Positions 12,730-26,721 of a stretch of DNA of 64,000 bases are shown here, piece by piece; position 1 is the first letter of the stretch, and every line of letters begins with the position of its first letter. This stretch comes from Klebsormidium nitens (taxonomy: Eukaryota; Plantae; Klebsormidiophyceae): the NCBI GenBank assembly GCA_000708835.1, contig DF237270.1:1-64000 (forward strand), read 5' to 3'. The position numbers and the translations under genes are program-made. The notes under the pieces were generated by a model that was not told the DNA's origin, ran no database searches, and was given only the letters and a program-made list of their open reading frames with translations.

Positions 12730-13424
12730 CTTCAGCGGGGAGGTCAGAACAGAGCTAGTGGTGTATCAGGCTGAGCTCAAACCCCTTGAGTCCCTCTTTA
12801 GATCCCTCTGAGGCTTCCGCCATGGCGGCACTAGGACTGTCATGACGGAAACCAAAATCTGATTAAAGATAGAACTTAAAACGAATTCCACATTGATGTA
12901 ACATTGACAGATCGTGTTCCCACTGCCTCAGGCAATAACTGACTACATTGGATTTCAACGCTGCATAGACTGGGTTCATGCATTTCCTCTGAGACCCCTG
13001 GGAACAGCTTGTCAGCTTCAATTATTTTTGTAAGATCTACAATTCTGCAAGGAAAATGGAAGGACAGAGTTTGTGACTCACAGCATTTGCACGAAGCTTT
13101 TGAGGGAGCAGAAGGTAGTCAACAACTCATGATGAAAGCAGTAGCCCTTCAAGTTTTCAGATCCTTCGCCCTGAACAGAACCAGGCTCAGAAATTCTGCG
13201 GCCCTTATCAAGCATTGGGATTGCGTTGGCAATCTCAAATCAGCGTCAACAAGCGGCTGAGGAGCAGATAGCAACTTGACCACCAAACAATATTACCACC
13301 TTTTGGAGCAAGTGGGACGGGGTTGCCAGTGGGAACAAGCCCCTGGTGTAATTGCCCCTACTGCTTCCCCCTCTACTGCAGCTTCCCCCTCACTTTTAGA
13401 AGAAAAGGATCTGCATCCCAAAGT

Positions 13425-16400
13425 ATGGGGCTCCTCCAAAGTTTATACCGTGCCCCTGGAGGGGAAAGCGAGTATCGCCGGATCTTGCTCGTGACACTAG
13501 CGCTGATCTATTCCATCACGGCTTCAGGTCAGCCGGCCTTTCGAAGCTTTTGGTTTGGTCGAATTTGCTGATCCTCGTCAATAGCTTTCGGTGTTTCGTG
13601 AGTAACATGACTGTCAACTGGCTCAACCTCCGTCTGAAAGAGGCACTTCAAAAGATCCGGCAAAGTTTTCACAAAGGTCGCTTCTGCTCTCTGATCTAGA
13701 GGTTGATCAGATCAAGTGGACAAATAACCTTTGCCCTGCCACAAGTACTTCGTTTCAGAAAGGAATCTGTTCAAGATATACCTTTTCCGCGGATATCTGC
13801 GACAGGCCTGTTGTTGGCTTGAGCCAGAAACTTGGATATCTGAGCTTATCATATCAGACTGTGGGGGCAACCTGTTCATGTTTCTTGCCTATCCAAGAGT
13901 TCACATTGCAGGGTTTCAACTGGCCCGTCGCACTACAACAAACCCTTGACAAAAGAGATTCTGACTTCGCTGGCTAGTCCACATTGAGCCCCTCTTCGAC
14001 TTGACAGTTTTCATCCCTTTTGCAGGAATTGTATTCGGTTACTCTGGCCTCTACGACGTCCTTCTCTTTGATGTTAATGCGTTTGGCGAGTTCTGCGAGG
14101 ATGGAGAGAAGCAGTGCACCGCACAGCTGGACCGCCTGTCTCGCATGTACACCCTGGGAGCTACCACAATATCGGGTTGTGCCTTTCTCGTGGGTAAGAT
14201 TCAGACGCAAAGTCACGAACTCCTTATCTTGGAAGACGCGTGGAGGAAAAGGCACCCGACCAAGGACTCTGTTCTCAATTCGAACTTTTTCTTGAGCTTT
14301 CCAAATTCGTGTGCCTTCTAGCTCGTCGTGTGGAGCGTTGAACCCTCCTTTCGAGCACTCGCGCTGGCAGCGGAGAAAAAACGGTCGAGACTCTTGCTGC
14401 AGCGGTCAAATTGCCTGCTCTGTGTGGCAAGTGTGGCACAAAATCAGATAAACGTTCAAAGTGTGACAAGGGGTTTGGATATGACAACAATACTGGCCAG
14501 GTACTCATCCACCATAAACCAAAGCGCACGCTTGCAACTTGTTTTGCGTTCTTTCGATTGTATCGAAAGTGCTTGACTCGTGACCGACCATATCCTCGAC
14601 ACATCGTGCTTCCACCCTCTGGCGCAGATTATGCTTGACACCACGCCGTTTCTTCTTTGTCAAAGCTCTTGCCAGCTTACCCTCCGTTTCGTTACAGGTC
14701 TGTTTCTCGACTTTGCCGGGCCCCGAATCACAGTTTGCCTGGGCTCACTTCTCTTAGCGGGGGGCCTACTGGCGGTCGCTTACGCCCAGGAGATCTCCAG
14801 CTCTTTCTACTACCTCGGTTTCTTTCTGCTCGCGGTCGGGGGGCCCTGCATCTTCAACAGCACCTTCAGCTTCGGGGAGCTGTTTCCCGACCACTCGGCC
14901 GCAATCATTGGGGCGCTGTCGACAGGTTCGTAGGACGGTCTCGTCTTTTCTTCATGTTTAATTTGATCTCGTCAGGATTCGCCCGTACATTCGGCTGTCA
15001 TTCCTGAGCAGCTACGGGTCGGTTGTGATTGCCCTTAAGCCTGTTGGTAAAGGCGGTCCTCTTGAATAGCGCGGTAGTCCCAACTTCCAGCCCAGACTAT
15101 TGCCCTAGAGTCGTTTTAGCCTAGAAGCATTTGTCTGTTCGACTGCCTGTTCGACTCCACTTTAAGGCGGACACGCTAGTCGGAGAATCCGACTTGGACC
15201 TTCGGCTCCTTCGAGCTCCTCGAGCGGAAAGATGCAGAATTGCTTCCGTCATCAAAGTACTTTCTGCCAGATTAAAACCCGGAACAATGACTGAACTCTA
15301 CTTCATCATACCCCTTTCTCTGGAGAAAAATGCTGTCGACGGTCGTCACCTCCATATCTGCAGCGGATTAGTCACTCCGTCAGCGTGAGTTCAACAGTTT
15401 CATGCCGTGTCCAGAGGCGCTGACTTTGCTACATTGAAAGTCAAAGTTCCTGGAGTTGACAATCTGAACTCACAATCTGCATCCACGCAGGAGGTAACTC
15501 GTCGACGGTCGTTTTCTGCATCTTCGCTGCGATGATTCACTCCTGGGGCATCTCGTTCAAGTCGGTCTTCCTGGCCTACACCGCCCTCCCCGTCTTCATC
15601 TTCGTCTCCAGCCTTCTTCTCTTCCCCGACCGCCCGTTCGAGACGGGCAACAAGGACGACGCCCGCTTCAAAGGTGCGCGGTTTTCAGAAGAATGAATGT
15701 GAAAGTGATCCTTGAGACGCATTTGTAAGCTGCCAGGAAGCTGCTGAATATCGGTGGCGTCCCCGCTTATATTGTTCCTGAGTGAGCCGGCGATGGACAA
15801 TCTGAAGATGCCGGAAAATCAGGGTTTTTGCTTCTACGTTCCTCACGAGGTATCGTTCCCCTTGCGTGCGCAATCGACACGCCACCGCTAGTCGCATGTT
15901 TCGCTTATGTTCAAGTCCATTTGCACCGCCCACCTACCAGGGAGATTGAGCCGCATACTCCTCAAGTCTCTTAATCCCAAAAACGCGTGAAATATGGAAG
16001 GCTTCTTATGGTCGCTCAGGGGAGCTCCACCGCGTCTGGACGATCTCCATGACCCAGGGCAAGTACCCTGCCGACGTCGAGAATAAGGACATCCGGATCC
16101 TGCCGACGGACTATCCGAACTTGGCGCTCGACGAGCCAGGGCTCGAAGCGCCGCTCCTAGTTACACCCGGGATGTCGGTCGGCTCCCCCCTGGAAATGTC
16201 ATACCACCTCCTACCGGGCCTCGTTCCGCCGGAGTCCGACGGAACGGCGCTTTCCGTCGGCACACGACGGATGTCCGCTGGTCCTGGTTTGGGGTTCATT
16301 GGTGGCCGCCGGAATTCCGCCGGAACGGATTTGATCACCGGGCGCAAGCGGCTGTTCCGGAGGCGGTCGCTGCTGTTCGACGACGGCCCACCCGACATCT

Positions 16401-18698
16401 ACAACAGCGCGTTTGGCACGCAGGTAAGAAGTGGAATCGCTAGAGGTAGACCACCTCATCTCCGTTGAATACGCATATTCATGAGTGCTGATGGTCCGCT
16501 GCTTGTCGATTGCCGACTTCATGACGAAGCCGGAGCAAGTCTTTGTTTGAAGCCCTGAACAAATCCATGGTAGGAAGACTGGTGGCTGTCGGTGGTTTCA
16601 GCTATCAGGTTTGGAGGGCTGAAGCCAATTCACTACACAATCTGATTATTTTCAGACGGTGAAGTCAGCAGCATAAGCTTTCTGTCGTTTGACCTGCTCC
16701 CTTGCGAGCGCCCTTGTTCTCCCCATCGCCACCGCAGCTATGACGAAACGACAATCAGACTGGATTCATCCGCAGCCGGTTCATCACAAGACGGCGTCAG
16801 ATGACCTCAGCATAACGCTTCCGTCTGATTCAAGTATCCTTTCCGACGCAGATCTGGTCGAGCGCGTTTTGGAGCATGGCCCTCGTGACGGCGTTCTTCG
16901 TCCTGCGGGTCAACTTTTACATTGAGACGCTGTTCGAGCAGCTGCTCTTCACGGCGAGCCTGCAATTCCCGGGGGATCCCCTGGCGGCCAGGTGAGGGGC
17001 CAGGCATTTCGCTCACGTTTGCTCGTGGATTGAAAGCGCTGAGCATATCCAGATTTCCCTCGTTCTCAGCCTGTCGACTTCTGACACGCTATGCTTGCCG
17101 CCCTCTGGCCCTTCTCACAAGAAACAAGCTGAAAGCGTGGAAACAAAAAGGTTTCGGTGGGAGCTTATGAATGGCAGTACGTCATTTGAATTAGTTGCCC
17201 AGAATCCGCTTTCTATTGGAGACAATTGCGAATGACGCTGCCAAATCTCTTGGGAGGGCGTCTCTCCAAATCCATTCATTTGAAGCTTGCCACTGCGATG
17301 GGCTCACTCAACCTGCTAGACGGGCGTTAAAACTCTTTTCTCCCATGAGAACTGCGGACTTCGTCACAACCCTGGAATTTACCAAGTGTACACCCGATCC
17401 GAACCTCTCGTAGACAGTCCTCCGCCCCAGTATCCCTCCTTCAGCCCCGCCCCAATTTGAAACCATACCCAGATCTTTCCACGTCCAAATCACCATTTAG
17501 CACACCCACTTCCTGACCTTGTTCTCTCTAATACCTCAATCTTCAAGCACTTGCCTTTCTCATCACTCGTTGAGTTCTTCTTCCTCACAATCAGGCCTTT
17601 TAGCACACGCCGCCTCCTCGACTTTTGTCGCTATCTTTGATGCCTCAATTCTAGATCGCTTGCCTCTCCTTAACATTCCTTGAATCCTTCTTCCTCACAG
17701 GGAGGCCGCCAGCTATTACGCCAAGCTGTTCAACTACTTGCTGCCCCCCGGGGGTCTGGCTATGATCCCGGTGGTGGGCTTCGTGTTGGTGGAGTGGGGC
17801 TTCGCGCCCAGCTTCCTTATCCTCGCCATTCTGCATATGCTCTTCTGCATTGTGGACGCGTACGAGTCGCCCCCGCTGCAACTACAGGTGCGCAGTTCCC
17901 GTCTCACTAGTTCGTCACTCTTGGCGAATGCTAAAGTTGATAAGCTGCCCGTAGACTCCCGACCTTCGACCTGCGGTTGTTACGAATTGCGTCTTGATTA
18001 TCCTTGTGCTGATTGCTAGCAAGCAAGGGAAGGCTTTGATCGGAGATTGACACCATATACAGAGGTGATGAGTCAGATGTCCAGTGTTTGATCAATCCCC
18101 GCTCCCGTGTCCTTTTTGACAAGTGGGGATGACATCATGCATTTTCTCTCACCATCTTTCACTCGAAGCCCAGAGACGTGGCTTTCTCACACCACTGATC
18201 TGGACTCAGCCTTTCCTTGAGGTGGGTGGCAGAAAGGCAGTGTTGTCTACTCTCAGCCATGAGCTACAGCAGGTCACTGAATCTTCATCACTTTGGTCTC
18301 GAGGGAACCCCTTCCGTAAAGAATGTAAATTCCGAGCCCTGTTGTGTTTTGATTACTTACGTCTTACCTCCTTCGCAGGTGCTCGCATTTGTGTTGTACG
18401 CTGTGTTCCGGCCCTTTCTCTTTGGGAGCATGGCCGCATATATAGGCCGGCTGTTCGGATTCAAGAACTTCGGCAAGCTATACGGGTTGATGAGGGTCGT
18501 GGGCTCAGTAGCCGTGTCCCTCGAATATCCCCTCCAGTTGATGACGGTCCATTTCTTCAACGGCCAATACGTGTACATAATATGGGTTTCTTATGCACAG
18601 GCGTTCTGATGTTCTTGTATCCGGTCTTTCTATGGAAGAAGATCTTCTATGGAAACTTCTTCCGGCCTCCTCTTGTAAAGCTGCAAACGTTGGAATAG
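13425..18698 (+). CDS. MFS transporter, SLC43/FMP42-like, copy A; 1-bp frameshift near 18580 as assembled
   Basis: Exons about 13425-13527, 14027-14183, 14698-14926, 15491-15673, 16020-16423, 16852-16991, 17701-17888, 18379-18698. They encode hydrophobic helices including RRILLVTLALIYSITASGIVFGYSGLYDVL, FLDFAGPRIT, GGPCIF, LRVNFYIETL, YLLPPGG, RPFLFGSMAAYIGRLFGFKNFGKLYG. The protein is collinear with copy B. Confidence 0.85.
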
Positions 18699-20612
18699 TG
18701 CATAATGGTGTAGTATAGGTTGAATACTGGTGCTGGATTCCCAAGGAACAAGGGTAGAGGGGTAGTGGATATATTGGTGTAGGTAGGCCAGAGGGATCAG
18801 CGGCCGATGGCTCATCCTTAGATAAGGTAACTCTTCATAATATTATTTGTGATTAAGTAGTTCAAGACAAGCTTTAGGGCCTCGAGAAATAGATGCTTGC
18901 ATCCTCGATTGTCCACAGGGACCAGTAATGTCAAGGAATCCCACCTCAGATTCAGAGGGGACAACCACCTAGCTAAAAGGGCTCCCGAGCAAAAATCCAA
19001 GTGGAGTTTGGATGCATATCTCAGGTGCCCAAAAGCCTAAATCAATTTCTTATGACCCCAATATGATCTCAGGAGTTTTCCGCCAACTTTCTTGGACATT
19101 GCATACAGCAAACAAGGGCTTGAAGTTTAGCAGAATGGCTGGGAAAAGTGACAGGTGTCAAATTTCTTGCAATCAAAATTTCATATTAGGGGCTCCACTG
19201 CTTATGACCGGCCGAATTTTGGATTCAGGTAGGGGATAACCTCTATAAGACGCCTACCAAATTTGGTTTTGGCATATGCGGTGGAGCCCCAGATCTGTGC
19301 TCGCTGCGATTGCCATTTTATTTGCCTAGGTGGTTGCCCCCTCTGCTCAGATCCTGGGTCATGCACACCAGCAAACACAAGCAATCGTGCGCCCGGCCTG
19401 ACTGGGCGTGGATGGACCGTATGTCATATCTGTCAAAGCTCCTGACGATCGTTTACAAGACTCATTATGTTGCAGCATATATAATCTGGAATTACGTCTA
19501 TTCCCGGTCAAGCATGTTGATAGACGCGAATTCCCTTTTAGCGAATTCTAGGAATGATATTAAGTCCTTGTCTTGGTCGATCGTATACAACAAACGCAAC
19601 CCGATGCATGCAGCCATATTCGACCGCATGCATTGAAGGATGCAATCCCAGTCGCTAAACGTTGTAGTAAGATCGACTTGGCGATCTTAAGATCCTTTAG
19701 CGAGATCGCCAAGTCCAGCTTGCACTACATGCAAGATAGATCCGGGCTCGTGTTTTGAAAACAGTTCTCTCGTACAAATCGAGCCGGCCTCAGCGAGAAT
19801 CCATATTCCACCGCAATGAGCTTGCACAAATTTGTTAGTAATTCTTGGCACGTGCCCCGCAGATTTCAAGCACATGCCAGCTTCGTCGGATGCAGAATTG
19901 ACGAACGACCACATACAACGTTTGCGCCAAATCACTCAGCGCCAAAATCTGCGATAGTGATCTTCATTAATTACACTGCCAGGCTGAGCGGCTAGCGTGG
20001 CATGAACCATATCTCCATGATCGATACTCCACACCGTCTGCACGCGCGAGGCCTGGTCTAGCCTGGACCACGGCCGGGCAGACCCAAACTTTTTTGCTTC
20101 GCTGAAGCGCTCAAAGCAGCAAGACCATTGGCTCGCGGGATGAGCGACTTCCACACCATGCCGCAGCTTAAGAGGGCCAACACTCTGATATCTGGCTAGT
20201 CTGAGCCTATAGACCCTTCCAACTTAGCAATATTTAAAATAATAGCTTCTGGAATCCTAGTTTGCCTGAGGGTCGATGTTGATCATGTGATCAATGTCAA
20301 CCTAAAATCGTGAGTTCGCTCTTACCAATCTACGGTATTAATGCCCAGCCGCTAATATTACAGACGGGCGGCTCTTGAGCTCGCCCTTTAACTGATCAAG
20401 ATCAAACCTTCAACTGGTCCTATATGGAGCCTGACACTGCAATTGCGAAGTAATAGCCGTAAGCGTTGTCAAGCCGCTAATAGCACCCAGGCGTCCCACT
20501 ATAGCGGTTGACCGTGTGCCTAGCTACCGGACACCGTAGGTACTAGATACCCTGTTAAGCTACCGCTTGGTGCTTATCTACTATGATAATTATAATAAGC
20601 GCGCTTGTCGGT

Positions 20613-23600
20613 CTATTCTTCTATGCTTTGCAGCTTCACAAGCGGCGGGCGCAAGAAGTTTCCGTAAAACACCTTCTTCCACAAGAAGACCGGATAAGCG
20701 AATAGCAAGAGGCCTATGAATATGAAGCCCATATTTACGTAAATGTAGCGGCCTTCAAAAGTGTGGATAGATAGCAGCTGGAGCGGATACTCCAGGGACA
20801 CTGCGAGGGAGCCCATCACCCGCATCAGGCCATATAGCTTACCAAAGTTTTTAAACCCGAACAGCCGGCCTATATACGCGGCCATGCTGCCAAAGAGGAA
20901 GGGTCGGACCATCGCGTACAGGGCAAAAGCGACCACCTGCAAAACGGAAGGATGCGGTGAGCCTTTCTCCTGGCTTGATGCGCACGACGTCACGCCCTGG
21001 TGCCATGTATTACTTCAAGCACACGGAGCGGCTACCAACAAGGACCAGTTGATAACGAGTACATGGAAAGATATGCTGAGTGTGTCGAATGCTTGTAACA
21101 GAAGTGCTCCGTTCTCGTCACTTCCGTGAAAATTCTCGTAGAAAAGCATGCACGTCCCGCTGCTCTCGTTGGGGGGATGAGAAGAGTACGACGAACAAGC
21201 TTTGACCGTAAGAATTGTGAGATCCTGCCTAAAACATCGCTCCGATAACTGGATTCGAGCAAAAAGATGCGGTCAAAATTGTCAAAGGCCTCGTTCACGC
21301 AATAAGCATCCAAACAGCAGCCAAGCCGTTCCTCGAGACTGTCAGGCGCGCAGTCCCCAAACGATTCTTCCATCTCTTGGTTGACGGTCAGAAAGTGAAG
21401 ACCATGCACAACAAGGCGCCCAGGTGACTTGAAGCACTCCATCCAGAATCCTGAAGCAGCGAAATTTCCGGAACTGCGCGGTTCCTTACCTGAAGCTGGA
21501 TTGGCGGCCGGTCAAACGCGTTGACGAGGCAGAAGAGCATATGCAGGATTGCGATGATAAGGAAGCTGGGCGCGAAGCCCCACTCGACCAATACAAAGCC
21601 CACCACCGGGATCATGGCAAGCCCCCCGGGGGGCAGCAGATAGTTGAACACCGTTGTATAGTAGCTGGCGGCCTCCCTGGAGTAAGAGTTGCGGGCAAAG
21701 TGAGCACGAGGAGGTGCGCGAAAGGGCTGTTCAGAGGACAAATTGAATGAAAAGACTTTGGGCAGGGACGATGTTGCCTCGGCCTCAAAAAGAAGCGTTG
21801 GCACCCTTCCTGCACCCAGTGACAAGCAGAGTAGTACTTTTGGTTCGCGGGTAATCCTTTAAATGGGCTTGTCAAATATAAGGAATCTGAGGCTGCGGAA
21901 GCGCGACTCTCAAGAGCTAGGCGACGTTCAGCGACGGCTTGCGATTAAGCGATACAGAAAGGGAAAGGATAGCCTTCGCGCCTCTGTCTGCGCTCAGTTT
22001 GAGAAGCGGTCAACTGAGAGAAGAAGCACTCGTTGGGAAAATAGGCGCTCAAAACGAAAGGCAATCGACAAGCTGCCATTAGCCAGTGGCTCCGCAACGC
22101 AAACAAAGGTCCTTCATTCGCCATAAGACAATAGAGTCAAATCTAGATCACCTGCGAACCACCGCCTGGTACGTCAAATCACCACCCCGTGAAATAAGAC
22201 GTTTCCCTGAACTTCTCACCTGGCTGCGTCGATGTCCCCGGGATACTGCAACCTCGCAGTATATAACAGCTGCTCATACAAAGTCTCGATGTAGTAGTTC
22301 ACGCGCAACACGATGTAGGCAGTCACGAGCGCCATGCTCCAATAAACGCTCGAGTTGATCTGCTTCGAGAAGGCGCTGTTGTAGATGTCCGGCGGGCCGT
22401 CGTCGAAGCGGAACGAGCGCCGCCGGAAGAGCTTCTTGCGGGGAGGGGCGGAAGCGGAAGTTTCTCCGGAGTAGGAGAGCTGCAGAGAGTGGAAACGAGG
22501 GTTGACAACCGGAGAATGTGCTCGGTAAAATCTTTGCTTCTCAGGAGAGCATTCAGAGATTTGATGTGCAGCGGCAGCAGAGTGAGTTCCTGCATGAAAC
22601 TGAGAGTTGCAACGGCAACAAAAGGTCGACGACGTTGGCGACAAGATGCTCGTTCTGACGGGCGATAAGTCGCCAAGCCCTTGGTGGGGTTCGTTGTGGC
22701 GAACGGCGGACCCCGTCGAAAAGCCGTGAGGTGCTCTGACCTCGTTTGATGTGACAGGGAATGGACCAACTTATACGGCCGGCTAATTGGCAGAGTACTT
22801 GCAGACTCGACTGGAAGCTCTGTCCGCGAACGACTTCGCCAGTCTTGAAGTCATAAAAGCATCCAGCCGGACCGAACTCTACTAAGTACGTTCTATTCAG
22901 GGCTTTCCGCCACAAAGGGTGGTCATGACCCGACTCCGCGAACTTGCCTCGAGATCTGTCAAGCACGAGCTACTCATTCTTCCCGTCTGGATGAACGACT
23001 ATGCGACCGCGGAAGAGAAGCCTTGTTGGGCAAGACAGGCAGGCGCCTCAGACAAGAATCAAATCGAGATGTCAACCAGCTACGATGTATGATCCTTCAA
23101 GAATGATAGCCGTGAATTGTGCCACACCACAATCGCTCTCAAACCCTTGCATCTCGGACGAGCCCTGACTCGCAGGTGTAAGCGGAGCACGAGTCCGACG
23201 GCCCAGAGTCAGGCTTTTCTACCTCTTCAATCCTGACTGCTGTTTGCGTCAAACTTGGCACCCGAGCTCGGATCAGATTGCGCGTTCCTCAATCAAGAGT
23301 CGCGATGTCGGTTCTCGATGTTCGCCAAGCTAGTCCCCCGGAAGCCCCCGGAAGAACTCCGGATGTCGATGTCAACCGCCGATCACCAGGGACTTCGGTC
23401 GGCCGAACAAAATGTAACGTGATGTCTATCAAGGATCGAGGACCGACTTCGCGATTAGAGATCGAGGACCGCGCGATTTGATCCGAGCTCGGGTGCCAAG
23501 TTTGACGCAAACAGCAGTTCTGGCACGTCGTCTCCCAACCTCACACATTTGCGTACCTCTGGGGGCAGTTCGCCCGTGAGCGCGCCCTTGACAAGCAACG

Positions 23601-26600
23601 GCGCCTCGAGGCCGGCCTCGTCGAGCGAGAGGCGCCCGTAGTCCGCGCCCGCGATCTGGCCGTTGGGGCCCTCCACGTCGGCGGGGTACTTGCCCTCCGT
23701 CATTGTAATGGTCCATACACGATGTAGCTCGCCTGTCGAAAGAAGTAGAGGGGTATGGGCTTTTCGGACTTATCTTTCAGGTTTTAGGGCTTACGAAACC
23801 ACCAAATTTTGTGTGTTTACCGAAGGAAGGTTTACCAGGGGTTTGTAGCTTGCTTCACGTCCCGATGATGAGCCCCACCCGCTTTCATTTGGAGTGGATC
23901 CAAGTCAATCATACTTAGAAAGCAAACCTCTGAGCCACTGGAGAAAAGTAAATTTGATGCACTTTCCGAAAACGGAATCACGAAGCAAGTTGTCCGCGCT
24001 GCGACGGCGGAGAAAGATAGCCGCGTTGGTACAGCGCTCCCAAAACGAGAGACACCTTGCCTAATGAACGGCGGGAGAGAGTCACGATGAAAGGGTACCA
24101 GGATTTCAGCACTTAGCGGAGAATGCTTTATCAAGGACAAGGGGAGAAGCAAAGTTGAAGTTTATGTCAGTCCTCTGAAATCAAGGCATCTCTGTTTGAA
24201 GCAAAGAATTGGCAAAACCCCAGCATTAAGAGTTCATTCAGCGCAGTGCGTAAATCACCCTCGTACTTAGTCCAGATGGTTCCCCAAGTGAGCAGACGTT
24301 ACTTCGCCGCTGAGCAGTAAGCATCCGAATGGACTGTAATTCAATGAGGTAGAGTATCTTGGCAAGGTCGACTCAATATTCTACATGATGTCCTATGAGA
24401 AACACACAAAGCGAATCTCCTCTCCTCATCAATGTCAGCTCACCATTGAACCGCGCGCGATCACCGTCGTCCTTGCTGCTCGACTCAAAGGGCTGATCCG
24501 GGAATAGGAGCACGCTGGATATGAATACGATGACGGGCATGACAGTATAAGCTATGAAGACGGACTTGAGGGAGACGTCGAAGGTGTGGATGACCGCCCC
24601 GAAGATGCAGAAGACCACCGTGGACGAGTTGAAGCCTGCGCGGGCAGGAATGCAGACGTTTAACAAGACTCTTCAAGATTTTGCTGACGCTTCGTTTGGT
24701 TAGCCTTGACTGAATGGGAAGAAACAGGTTGAGCATTGCACCAGAGACGCCAGATCGTTCGACGAAGGTAAGCGCGAATGAGTAGGTGACTGTTTGAAGT
24801 GAGGGGCATCAGTCAGAGGACGCTAGGGAGTACAAGTTCTTCTCTTGGAGCGAGGATCACTTGTCAACCGTTTCTCCAAACACGAGCAATCAATCTTCCA
24901 GGTTCCCAGCGGAAAGGTCTCAAGCAAGGCTTCGAAACTGTGACACAACTGAGATTGAATCGCTCTTACAAAGCTTTCATGAGCAGCAAATGCTACTGTG
25001 AGTAGATTCAAACACATTCTCAATTGAATGAAAGAGGGACACCTTACCTGTCGACAGGGCCCCAATGATCCCGGCTGACTGGCTCGGGAAGAGCTCCCCG
25101 AAGCTGTAGGTGCTGTTGAAGATGCAGGGTCCTCCAACCGACATAAGGAAGAAGCCGAGGTAGTAGAAAGAGCTGGAAATCTCCTGGGCGAATGCGACGG
25201 CGAGCAGCCCCCCCGCCAAGAGGAGGGAGCCCAGGCAGACTGTGATGCGGGGTCCGGCGTAGTCTAGAAACAGACCTGTAGAGGTAACGGGGGGGAGGAT
25301 TCCTGTAACCTTGTTGACTTTAATTTAACCCAAGTGTTATTGTTTAAAATGGACTTTTGTAAATCCGAATGTAACCGATAATAAATCACAAAGCATCCGT
25401 TGACAGTATTCAGGAATGTCCCCAGGTGCGGCGTGTCGAAACAAAGAACGAAAAAGACACATCAAGATGCACTAGGCCAGAAGACTGAGGGCCTGGATTG
25501 CGGGAGTGCTGGGTTCATTATCATGCTTTTATTAGCCCCAATCCGGTCATACATTGTGATTTGACGATTGAGTTGGAGGCCATTGCTGAAATGTAAGAAG
25601 CTGACAAATTCCTGCTAAAGAAGAACGCACACTCCCCATCCTATCACAGTCGAGAAGAAATCAAGATTGAGCAATTAACGTTGAGCCTCCCTAGGTCAAG
25701 CAGAATCCAGAGAAGGTCAACTTCTAACCCCTCTGGTCTGGTGTCTCGGCAAACGCGTTCATGTTCGAGAAAAGGAGACTATGCTTTTGTGAAGGGCAGA
25801 AGGCACAGTCTGGTTCTAAACTGGCCCCACTTTTCGAGCTGCATTGTCCATTGGTTTGACCAAAACCCTCGATCGCACTCCACAATCAGTGGCTGCCAGA
25901 TCAACATTGCCATAGCAAACTCTGATAGAGTTCTCACCAACAACAATTTGCAGCAAGACTTACCACAAAGCTGGCCCTGTGTCTTGGGGACCAGTGATCA
26001 ATTGTGCCAATGGCAGCAACTAGACTGAGGCCTCACCAACAACGAACGCGCAGCCAGAGATCGTGGTTGCCCCGATGGTGTACATTCTGGAGAGGCGGTC
26101 AAGCTGCGCGGGGCATGGGGACTTGCCATCCTCACAATATTCGCTGAAGGCCTTGACTTCAAAGAGCAGGACGTCGTACAGTCCCGAGTATCCAAAGACG
26201 ATGCCTAGACATTGGGGAAAGAAGGCGGGAGAGATGGAATTCAGAGTGATGGAATTCAGAGCTAGCTTGCTGAAATTGCTGAACGGCTTGTTGCAAAAAG
26301 CAGCACAATCTAGTGACCAGAATATTCATGGACAATGCCTGAAGTGGAGAAGAAGCAGCAAGGTTTTGAACTGGCAGGTTTTGGGGTTAGCTGAGGGAGG
26401 TGTGCCTGGAGAAGAGGATGTCAGAACCTTCTGAGCATGCATCCCATTGATTGCCAACCTTCTTAGCATGTATTGCATTGATTGCCAGCATTCTACAGGA
26501 CTCAATTGTGGCATTTTCTCTCCATCAAATTATGCTTGAAAGCTTGCTTTTGCAATGGACATCATTGCGTACGACAAGAGAGGGAAAGGGCCAGCATCAG

Positions 26601-26721
26601 AGTAGCTACTAAACTTACCTGAGGCACTGATGGAGTAAATCATTGCAAGTGTCACAAGAAGCACCCTGCGCGGGTAGCTCTCACCCCCTGGCTGACGGTG
26701 CCACGATTGAAGAAAGGCCAT
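20613..26721 (-). CDS. MFS transporter, SLC43/FMP42-like, copy B (intact)
   Basis: Exons about 26721-26619, 26200-26025, 25278-25049, 24636-24452, 23733-23557, 22479-22220, 21681-21491, 20937-20613. Every segment aligns to copy A and ends PPLVKLQSIEE*. Confidence 0.88.
23236..23518. mobile_element. 283-bp MITE / fold-back element in an intron of MFS copy B
   Basis: The terminal 40 bp are perfect inverted repeats (actgctgtttgcgtcaaacttggcacccgagctcggatca), with imperfect pairing out to about 85 bp. No unambiguous TSD. Confidence 0.8.
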
